A stretch of 64,000 nt of DNA from a virus (Duplodnaviria; Caudoviricetes), in the IMG/VR virus record IMGVR_UViG_2061766007_000705; one strand, 5' to 3'. Positions 37,870 through 47,200 of this stretch are shown one piece after another. Made by a program: the position numbers and the translations under genes. Numbering within the stretch: position 1 is the stretch's first letter; each line of letters starts with the position of its first letter. The notes under the pieces are model-generated. The model made no database searches, was not told the DNA's origin, and worked only from the letters and a program-made list of their open reading frames with translations.

Positions 37870-39627
37870 CTACCACGAATTATCGAGCATTAAAATACCG
37901 TGTGGTGAACCGCTGTCAAGCATACCATCACCACCATATCTTTGATTAACAATAATCATATTTGCGCTTCCACTATTCCCTTCAACATAAGCATATTTAC
38001 CGTCTAAATCTGCAAACGGTATCGTTGTGGCTGAACCACTATGCGAGTTTCGCCAAAAACCCCAAATTTTCACCATGCTGTTTACTCTAATAGGTAGCGG
38101 TAAAAAGAAAGTTATGGAGGTATCTGTGCTATTGTATTCATGTATCGTTGCAATATTGTGTCCCCAACCGTGCGATTCATATACTACGCGGAAAGGCAAA
38201 CACTTCAATAATTCGGTATCTTTGTTCATCCTTATCCCGCTCTTTATATCTTTGTAAAGGGTGGATTTTTCGCCAAACTCAAACTTTGCTGCTGATATTT
38301 CTATTTCATTTACTGATTGGTTAATTACTTCAAGTCTGAATAGATAATCTCTATCGTTTGTATTTTCAAGCATCACTATGTGTACACGAAAATCATCTGT
38401 CCTTATAGCCTCTACCCATTGAGCCGAATTAGTGCGAGCGGGAATAGTTACTGTTCCGCTATAAATAGTATCGTATATTTTCACAGATACCGTCGCCTTT
38501 TCCCCGATATGAGTGTCTAAAATATGTCGTGGTTGCATCTGTGCTATGGTAGGATTTACCGAAACTCTTGATAATAGAATACCAAGAGTATCACCAAGAA
38601 ATCTTACTGTACCGTAATTGTGCCAAAAGTCAAATCCGACACCATTCTCGCCATACCCCACCTTATAGTCTGCGCTCCACGGGATGCAATACAAAGTGTT
38701 ATTGATTTGTACATAGCCAAAATTAGCGGTTTGGTAAAAGCCATTCAGCGGTTCTGTGGTAGTGCCTAATGGTGTTGTAAGGGATGTATCTGATGCCGCA
38801 TAATATGTTGTACCCGTTGGAATAATGTAAGCAGGCAACTGCCTTATGTGAAAATAAGGATTAACAAGGAGATTTTCGTTGTAGGACTGTTTGTCTACAT
38901 AAGTTTTTATACCACCACTTTCTACAAATTTTGTAGAATTTTCTGTAGGTTCTGTATCTGGATTAGTACCCTTTTGGATAACTGGATTATTTAAGGTAAC
39001 TACTTTATTACTTGCACTTGGTTGTGCATCAAATACAAGTGCATCTTGCTTATTATTCCATGTAGTTTTTTCTGTATCGGTTACAGTTCTGTGAGTAGAA
39101 TCTTCTTCAAGGTCTGTAATACTATCTCCATTTTTAACCAACTTTGTACCGCCACTACTATCATCATTACAACCTACATAAACATCACCTTTCAAATGTT
39201 TATTACCATTCCAATCAGTTGCTTCAATATTCTTTCTATTGTCATCGGCAGTACCATTACCAATAATATCAGCATATACACTACTACTATCTTCAACATT
39301 ATATCTACCTTGTACGTGTTGATTTGGAGATGATGCTATATTATCAGTACCACCAGCTACAAAAGAATTAGTACCTATCGCACTACCAGTTTTTCTATTA
39401 ATAGAAAAAGAACCACTTCCAACTGGATTAGATTTATCCATTTTATTATTTTCAACAGTAGTCAATCTATTTCCAAGAGTTGTATTTACATTTCCGATTG
39501 ATGTATTTAAACTAGAAAGTGCGTTATTAGTTTCACTAAAATTACCATTGATTTTATTAGCAAACTGTTGTCCACTATCACCACCGTAAGGTGGGTCACC
39601 TGCTATAATTTGTTCATAATTAGGCAT
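37870..39627 (-). CDS. Tail fibre / receptor-binding protein
   Basis: GSGSFSINRK..GTNS, IIGNGT..DW.GN fibre motifs, TVTDTEKTTWNNKQD, then an NLLVNPYF C-terminal domain. Confidence 0.75.
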   Translation of the reverse strand: MPNYEQIIAGDPPYGGDSGQQFANKINGNFSETNNALSSLNTSIGNVNTTLGNRLTTVENNKMDKSNPVGSGSFSINRKTGSAIGTNSFVAGGTDNIASSPNQHVQGRYNVEDSSSVYADIIGNGTADDNRKNIEATDWNGNKHLKGDVYVGCNDDSSGGTKLVKNGDSITDLEEDSTHRTVTDTEKTTWNNKQDALVFDAQPSASNKVVTLNNPVIQKGTNPDTEPTENSTKFVESGGIKTYVDKQSYNENLLVNPYFHIRQLPAYIIPTGTTYYAASDTSLTTPLGTTTEPLNGFYQTANFGYVQINNTLYCIPWSADYKVGYGENGVGFDFWHNYGTVRFLGDTLGILLSRVSVNPTIAQMQPRHILDTHIGEKATVSVKIYDTIYSGTVTIPARTNSAQWVEAIRTDDFRVHIVMLENTNDRDYLFRLEVINQSVNEIEISAAKFEFGEKSTLYKDIKSGIRMNKDTELLKCLPFRVVYESHGWGHNIATIHEYNSTDTSITFFLPLPIRVNSMVKIWGFWRNSHSGSATTIPFADLDGKYAYVEGNSGSANMIIVNQRYGGDGMLDSGSPHGILMLDNSW

Positions 39628-39665
39628 AAGTGTTTCCCCTTTCTTTTAAATTTATATATATAAAA

Positions 39666-39810
39666 CTACATATAGTATATTTATAATATATGTCCAATAT
39701 ATAGTAGATTGATGAAATTTTACTATACTATATATTGTATCTTTTATTTTTAAATATACTATATATGGTATATTTTTTGTTAAAAAAGTAGAATAAAATC
39801 CTCATTTTAA
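39666..39810. repeat. Composite element copy 3: four NrdR-box-like motifs plus palindrome
   Basis: Cores CTACATATAG (39666), CAATATATAG (39695), CTATATATTG (39728), CTATATATGG (39759); ATAAAA-TCCTCA-TTTTAA (39793-39810). Confidence 0.78.
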
Positions 39811-39811
39811 T

Positions 39812-40114
39812 TTACTGTCCGTCAAGATTTGTTCCATTTTTCATAGATACATACCCATTACCAAAATTCCCACCTTTACCTTTTAGTATTACCACATCTC
39901 CTACAGATAATACTTGTCCAGTCTGATTAAGCATATTTGTATATGTGCCTTGTTCTCCTGGTAAATCTACATTTACAGTACCATCATTATTAACTTCTGA
40001 TACAGTACCAGTAATTACAAATTCTACATTTTGCATTGCATCTTTAATTTCTTTTTTAACAATTGTTTTAATTATATCTATTAATTGATTCAATTCGCTT
40101 TGTGTCATCTGCAT
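39812..40114 (-). CDS. Small baseplate/spike protein (OB-fold-like)
   Basis: GTVSEVNNDGTVNV...LSVGDVV; position in the tail module. Confidence 0.55.
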   Translation of the reverse strand: MQMTQSELNQLIDIIKTIVKKEIKDAMQNVEFVITGTVSEVNNDGTVNVDLPGEQGTYTNMLNQTGQVLSVGDVVILKGKGGNFGNGYVSMKNGTNLDGQ

Positions 40115-40125
40115 AAAAACACCCC

Positions 40126-41334
40126 CTAACCAATTGACGGATAATATGGTAAACTTCCTACATTAGAGCAAGTAATTGTTATTGTAGAATCAGTCGCTAA
40201 TGGAATACTAATTGACTGAATAACAAATCTACTTTCTTCAAAATTATAATATTTATCTGTTAATTTGATACAATTATTTACATCCAAATGTATCATATAA
40301 ATTGAACTAATATTAATTGTTTGTTGCAAGATACTAATTTTATTCAACTCATATTCTGCTCTTTGTTGTGCTAATTCAGTTGAATGTATATTTGAATCTT
40401 CATAATATAAATTTTTTGTACCAATTAAAGAAATACGTGTAGGACTTTGCGGATTATGATTTTCTGCTACACCACGATAAATTGCTTGTGAAGAAGTATT
40501 AGAACCAATTATAATTACACGATTTTTAACTTTACTAAAATCGTATGTAGTTTCGGAACTTATATATTCCATTTCATTAGTAGTATATTTCCATAATATA
40601 GGTTTATTAACATTCGCAATATCTTCAATACCAGAGCGAATATTTAAATATCCATTTTCATCATAATAAATATCACAGCCAAGCATTTCTGCTAATTCTA
40701 TTAATATAGAACCTAAAGATTCATTAGGAGATTTAGATATGCGATACACTGTCGTTTCATGTGCATACATACTATCAAACATTACATCTTTAATGTCAAT
40801 AGGTAATCCGTTACCATTATCTAATTTTAAAATGTATTCACAAGCATCTCTTACATTAGAGTTAACATTAACTTCATATACTGCATCTAATACACCACCA
40901 AGTGTACCATCTAATAACGCAAATTTATCATAACATTGAATGTTAATATTTTTTTCTCCATTATTATGTATTGAATTAGGATTTGCAATAACAAATATTC
41001 CAGCACTTTTATATATTTTATCACCGTTGCTTGTTTCAATTCCCAACTCTAATTTAAATTTAGTATTAATCCAAATCAATCCTTGAATAGAAGGAGTGAA
41101 CCGTCCATCCATATTGTTTAATGTAAAATTTAATGACCTTCTTTGACCTTGGTTATAATTTATATTTAATGTGCCAGAATTAGCAATTAAATATTCTGTA
41201 ATATCTTCACGCACTGATTCATCAGCGTGTAATAATGATAATCTAAAAATAGGTTTTAAAATTCTACCTTTGATATTGTTGATATAATTATCATATGGAT
41301 ATTCATTAAAATTATAAATTGCCAAATAGTTCAC
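40126..41334 (-). CDS. Baseplate hub / Tal-like protein
   Basis: CYDKFALLDG, IYYDENGYL, KNRVIIIG, RAEYEL; position. Confidence 0.65.
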   Translation of the reverse strand: MNYLAIYNFNEYPYDNYINNIKGRILKPIFRLSLLHADESVREDITEYLIANSGTLNINYNQGQRRSLNFTLNNMDGRFTPSIQGLIWINTKFKLELGIETSNGDKIYKSAGIFVIANPNSIHNNGEKNINIQCYDKFALLDGTLGGVLDAVYEVNVNSNVRDACEYILKLDNGNGLPIDIKDVMFDSMYAHETTVYRISKSPNESLGSILIELAEMLGCDIYYDENGYLNIRSGIEDIANVNKPILWKYTTNEMEYISSETTYDFSKVKNRVIIIGSNTSSQAIYRGVAENHNPQSPTRISLIGTKNLYYEDSNIHSTELAQQRAEYELNKISILQQTINISSIYMIHLDVNNCIKLTDKYYNFEESRFVIQSISIPLATDSTITITCSNVGSLPYYPSIG

Positions 41335-41349
41335 CCCTTTCTATTTATA

Positions 41350-42261
41350 TTATAAATCTTTTACTTGAACAAATGAAAAATCAACTTTAACAATTTGCTC
41401 ATAACTTTTATCAATAATTTCAAATGCGTTTTCTGTAATATCTACAATCCAACCATTTCCTTTTCTGTCTTTAAGAATTTTTAAATTACCGTTATTTACC
41501 ATACTCTTAAATTGCTCCATCATTTCAGCAGTATCAACATACTTCCCAGTATTTGGTATTACATTACTTAAGAATGCGGTAATATTACTACTAATATAAT
41601 TCTTTTGTCCAACAAGAATTTTAGGAAATTGTGTAAAATTATCAATAATATTTTTATCAATATTTTGTTTTAATTCACCAGATTGTAAATTAGTATTAAA
41701 TAACCAAATATTATTTTCATCAACAACATATGATTTAACACCATTTTCTTCAATTTCTTTTAAATCAATCAAAGACCAAGCATCCCAACAAGTTTTAACA
41801 TAATCTGTCTCAAAAAGTGGGGATAATGTATTTTCTGTTTCAGCAAAAATTACATATTGATATTCAGAATCATTTACTACATTAAAATCTTTAAGTGAAA
41901 ATTCATCCGCATTTACCTTACCAAGATATTTTAATGTTTGATTATTTCTTTGTCTAACGTAAACATGCCAATATGTAACGCTTTCTGTTAATTCATTAGA
42001 TGTTAAGTTACCTGAATTAAGATTATGATTAAATACGCATAATAGTAATGTATTACCATCCCATTCAGGTTTATATAAAGCACTATTAACTTCATTTATT
42101 TCATCTTGTGTTAATACTTTATTTTTAATCCAAAGATAATTACACAATATTTGATTATATGTTAACATACCCAATCTATTATCACCATTATCTCCATTAC
42201 CATTTGAAGAAAATGTTCCTGCTGATGAATTAAGCGTAATGCTATTATAATTTAATCCCAT
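41350..42261 (-). CDS. Distal tail / baseplate protein
   Basis: LKDRKGN motif; position. Confidence 0.55.
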   Translation of the reverse strand: MGLNYNSITLNSSAGTFSSNGNGDNGDNRLGMLTYNQILCNYLWIKNKVLTQDEINEVNSALYKPEWDGNTLLLCVFNHNLNSGNLTSNELTESVTYWHVYVRQRNNQTLKYLGKVNADEFSLKDFNVVNDSEYQYVIFAETENTLSPLFETDYVKTCWDAWSLIDLKEIEENGVKSYVVDENNIWLFNTNLQSGELKQNIDKNIIDNFTQFPKILVGQKNYISSNITAFLSNVIPNTGKYVDTAEMMEQFKSMVNNGNLKILKDRKGNGWIVDITENAFEIIDKSYEQIVKVDFSFVQVKDL

Positions 42262-42272
42262 AATTCACCATC

Positions 42273-44138
42273 CTATCTATATAATACATCTGTTTTCAAG
42301 AGTTTATAATCTTTCAGCAGAACACCACCAACAAGAGTGCTATTAACTGGACGGAAAATATTAGGTAATGAAGTTGAAATTCTTTCAACTTGAATTGTTG
42401 TAGGTAACAATGTTAATTTAAACCAATATGGTGATACATTCATATCAGTATCAATATCCATTCCATCTATAGTATGAGGTCTTGCATTTGGAATTTCTAC
42501 ATCTACACTTCCAATATAATGTTCATCCATATTATAAATTTCGTAATAAAAAGTTCCATGTCCAAACCAATCCATATTAGTCGTTTGGTTTAATTGACCA
42601 TAATTTTCTTTTCTAACATTACCACCAGTCGCATATCTTACACTATAATATGGCATAGGATATGGAGAAACAATTAAACTTGTACCATCATAATAATAAT
42701 TAACATTATTATATTCATACATTGATGTACTTAAAGGTATTCTTTCATCAGTCCAAGCGGTTTCTGTTGCAGTATATAGTAAATTATTTGATGTATTATA
42801 AAATATTTCACCTTCATTAAAATTAATCGGAAAACTATTTCCCATATAATCTATATGTATTTTAACAGTTGTTTCCATACGAATAACTTCTACTGCAATA
42901 GAATCAACTGTTGGAGACCAACTATTAATTTGTGGTGTAAAATTATAATCATATCCAATAAAAGTATCATTTCCACTTTCATATATATCTTTTTCATATC
43001 TTACTTCGTATGGACAAAAATAAACACATACAGTATTTTCTTGTGGTATGTCCAATGCTTTAGTGAATTGTTGTGGAGTCCAAATAATACTTTGTTGTTC
43101 GTCAAGATTAACACTTGTTACACCACTAAATGGGTTATTGTTTCTATATACTAAATCATCAGTAATTACACTTTGTGTTTCAGTATTAATACCAACACCT
43201 TTAGTCGTGTATAGATTAGACCACTCTACTTCAATACAAGTTTTATCATTAATAGATATACCTTGTGCTTTTACATCTACTGTATAAGTATCATACAATA
43301 CATCAAATGTATTTGACAATTCTTCGCACACACTATCATCTTGCGTAACTAATAAAACTTTAACTTTATACGTTCTGCCACTAATCAAACCATCAAATTT
43401 ATATTGTATTGTACCTTGATATATCAATTCTGATTCTTGTACAATGTTATTACCTTCATCATATAAAATCCATTGAAAATATTTATAATTAACATTTTGT
43501 GCTTGATTGTATGTAGCAGTAAATGTATAATCTTTTCTATTAACTGTTTCTGAAGGTACATTATCTATAACAACAGTTGGAGTAGTTCTTGCTTTAAAAT
43601 AAGTGTCATCAGAAATTATATAATCAGATAAAATAGTATATAATGTTCCAACAGAAGGAGCTTCGGAAAATGCACTCGAAACTGTAATTTCGCCAGTTTC
43701 ATTATTGTAACGTGTAATTTTCCGCATTTCAGTACCAATTTGAATATAGTGTCCTACAGTAATTAAATATTGTACTTTAATAAATATATGTGTTGTAGTA
43801 GATGTACCACTATTGGTTACTGCACCATTTGTTACATATATTGATGGAGTACTCTCATATAATTTAACATTCCACACATAATCATACCCATTAGCCATAT
43901 GGTTGTTTGGTTCAGAATTAGATGGTACTATAATAGATAATATATCATCATTATATATTGGTTCACTTGGAATTTCCTCTTTTGTATATTTAGTAGTTCC
44001 TGACAAATCTTTGATAGTGATTAAATATTTTGAAATTGTTGTAGAACCGATTGCGTTTATTACACATGAAAATTGATTACTTGTAGTAACATCTATATCT
44101 GTATAATAAGGCATCATATGAGATGGTTTATATAACAA
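42273..44138 (-). CDS. Tail tip protein with FN3-like domains
   Basis: Beta-rich, FDGLISGRTYKVKV; directly after the tape measure. Confidence 0.55.
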   Translation of the reverse strand: MLYKPSHMMPYYTDIDVTTSNQFSCVINAIGSTTISKYLITIKDLSGTTKYTKEEIPSEPIYNDDILSIIVPSNSEPNNHMANGYDYVWNVKLYESTPSIYVTNGAVTNSGTSTTTHIFIKVQYLITVGHYIQIGTEMRKITRYNNETGEITVSSAFSEAPSVGTLYTILSDYIISDDTYFKARTTPTVVIDNVPSETVNRKDYTFTATYNQAQNVNYKYFQWILYDEGNNIVQESELIYQGTIQYKFDGLISGRTYKVKVLLVTQDDSVCEELSNTFDVLYDTYTVDVKAQGISINDKTCIEVEWSNLYTTKGVGINTETQSVITDDLVYRNNNPFSGVTSVNLDEQQSIIWTPQQFTKALDIPQENTVCVYFCPYEVRYEKDIYESGNDTFIGYDYNFTPQINSWSPTVDSIAVEVIRMETTVKIHIDYMGNSFPINFNEGEIFYNTSNNLLYTATETAWTDERIPLSTSMYEYNNVNYYYDGTSLIVSPYPMPYYSVRYATGGNVRKENYGQLNQTTNMDWFGHGTFYYEIYNMDEHYIGSVDVEIPNARPHTIDGMDIDTDMNVSPYWFKLTLLPTTIQVERISTSLPNIFRPVNSTLVGGVLLKDYKLLKTDVLYR

Positions 44139-44186
44139 AATTCTTCCCCCTTTCTTGAAAATTATATCTATATATATTCAAAATAA

Positions 44187-44217
44187 AACTGACTGCCATA
44201 TTTCAGACAGTCAGTTA
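44187..44217 (-). terminator. Terminator after the tape measure gene
   Basis: AACTGACTG/CAGTCAGTT stem followed by TTT on the minus strand. Confidence 0.65.
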
Positions 44218-44223
44218 TAAAAT

Positions 44224-47200
44224 TTAATTAAGGACTGCAACAAGATTTCTCATTTGACTAATAAAGTCATTCGCATCCTTGCAAGTAACATTCATAGTAC
44301 TAATATTTACAGAATTATCTGAATTATTAGTAGTATTAGTATTATTACCAATCGCAGTATTTGGTATAGATTGAAGTTTTAACATATCAAATAATGATGA
44401 AGAACCATAAAGATAACGAAGTTCCGATAATCTTTTTTGGAAATCAATATTTGCAGACGGTTCAAGCATTTTCTTTGTAACATCAGGCGGAATAACTATT
44501 TCATTCTCAGTAGTTGCCTTAATACCACCAAGACCATAGAGTACACCGCCACTGTCATATTTAATTGAACCATCATTTGTACTGTATGTTTTTCCATTCT
44601 TTGTGATAGTTGTTGAACCATCAGAATTCTTTGTCCAAGTACTACCATCACTCATTTTTTGTTGTGAACCCGCAGGCGCAGAACCAATAAATGCGAGACC
44701 CGCAGCTGAACCTACATTATAATTTCCACCACCACTTGATGATGAACTACCACTCGAACTACTACCACTACGATTTCCACTACCAGTATTACTATTATTA
44801 TTTGTATTACCAGTGTTGTAATTCTGAACTGATGCATTACCATATGCTGATTGGTTTGCCTCATTTCGTCTTGATGTTTCAGAAGCTGCATTGTTTAATG
44901 TTGCAACAACTTTATCGTATACGGCATATAAATCATTATAATTTGCATCTGTTATAGTTGATTGACCATTGTTTGTAAAATTACTTAAATCAGCTATTTT
45001 AACTGAACCACTACCTTGTTTCATAAAAATACCGCCACCAGTTACAACGACTTCACCATCTTTTACATTAGTTAAAGTGTCTCCACCTTGTGGCATAAGA
45101 TGTACTTTTACAGACGAACCGCTATTATCTGAAATTGTTGATTGTTTTGTTGAAGCAACCTTTTGGGTAACTCCATCACTTCCACCGTTTGCAGTCCATC
45201 CTTGTGTTATACCAGTTCCATTAAGTGCTTTTATCCAATTTGTAGATTCTGCTTCCATTTGTTCTTGCAACTCATATTGAGCAATCATTCCAAGTAATTC
45301 TTCATAAGCCTTTTTAGCCCTATTGCAAGCATCAACAAATTTATCAGCAAATGTATTAAATTTACTTGATTGAGAATTTAGCACTGTGTCAAATGTAGTC
45401 ATTCCACGTGTTAAAATATTACTAATATCACTTTCAGTTGCACTAATTTTAGTTTTTACACCATCAGCGGTTGTATTGACAACATTAATCACTTCGCCAG
45501 TTTTTGAATCAATTTGAACTACAAGCCCATCTAGTTCGTTTTTAATAGCTTTATTAGTGTTTTGAGTAATAGTAGTGAGAGATTTTTCCGCTTCTTTTAA
45601 AATTTTTTCTCTTGCGTTTTTACCAAGAGTAGCGTTAAGTGTTAAATCATCTTCAAATCTCTTTTGTTTATCAACAACATCTTGATATAATTGAACATAA
45701 TCTTTCCAAGCATCAATTTCAGTATCAATCAATTTAACTCTTGCATCAGTTTGTTGTTCCACTAATTGAGTTTGTTTAGATTGTACATCACCTTGGTCTG
45801 CTTCCCAATGCCAACCTAACTTATCACTATAAACTCTCTTATTCTTTTGACCTTGAAGGAGTCTAATTTCTTCTTTAATAGCACTCACTTTACGCTCTTG
45901 CAATCTTGCATCAGCCATCTTTAAAGCATTTTGAAGTTCATTAAGAGCAGTGATTTTTTCCTCAGTATTTTCCAAAGAATAAGCAGTTTGTAATCTCTTT
46001 TCAGCCGAATCAACTACAGACTGCAACCAACTTGCATTACTACGATAAATAGCACTTAATTCTTCATTACCTGCAAGCAACTCATCATTAGCACTTTTTT
46101 CCATTTCTAAAATCTGAACACGATATTCGCCTAATTGTGTAATAACGTCTTTAGATTTTTCCAATGGAGTTATCTTTTCGTAATCAACTAAATCATCTAT
46201 AATTTCAGGCAATTTAGATAGTGTGTTTTGATATTCTTTTGCTAAATCATAACTCTTTTCATAATTGTCAATGACTTTTCCCCAAGCATCTGCAATTTCA
46301 TTAGCATAACGAACTGGGTCAAGTGCTTTAAGTTTACGCATATATTCATATGCATTTTTTGCAGCTGTTTCAGCAAGTTGAATAGATTTAGTATTGGCTT
46401 GTATCCAATCTGTACTACCTAAAACCGCAGTTGATTTAATAGTATTAAGAGCACTTAATTCTTGATTTAGTCTCTTTTCATTATAATCATAAGCATCTTT
46501 AAGTTTCTTCAATCTAAGGTCAGCAATTTTGTTTTCTGCTTCCCACCATCTTTCTTGAAGTTCTGTAATTTCTTCAGAAGATTCAGCATAACCCTTTTTA
46601 CGAAGTTTATCTGCTTCTTCGTGTGCTCTATTCATAATAGACTGATAGAGTTGAATTTGCTTTTCATATTCTTCTTGATATGCTGGTTTACCAACTTCAA
46701 GTTTTTCTTGTTTATATTCAGATAACTTAATAAGATGTTTTTGTGCTTTTAAGAAACTATCCCATTCTTTCAGAACATCTTCTTTAGTTGTTTTAGATGT
46801 ACTACTATTACCATCATTTTCTTCGTCACCTGTTTCAGTAGTAGGAGTGGTAGTGTCTTTCTTTTTATTACGCATCATAGTTAAATGCATTAGATGTTCT
46901 TGTTGTTTTTCATCTTCCGCTACACTAATCTTATTAACAGAATCTATAAAGCCTTGCGCCCATAAATCACCAGTTAATGTACCATATCTATGAGCAGTTC
47001 CTTTTATCCATTCAAATACTGAATTAAATTTACTTTTAATAGATTGTCTAACTTTATTCCAGGTACTATCAGAATTTGTTTGGATATTACTTAACATAGT
47101 GTTGATTTTCTTTTGAATGTCAGCATTAGTTAAATTTGTTTTACCATTAGCAATTTTTCTTAATTCATCTAATGTTAAACCTGTATTTTCAAGTACTGCA

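Noticed and set aside
25785-39627. Diversity-generating retroelement or shufflon acting on the tail genes
   Set aside because: No reverse transcriptase, no near-identical TR/VR pair and no inverted gene fragments seen in the window; the repeats are only at protein level
39660-39770. CRISPR-like mini-array
   Set aside because: Repeats are only 10-bp degenerate palindromes with 19-23 bp AT-rich gaps; no cas genes; fits protein-binding boxes better
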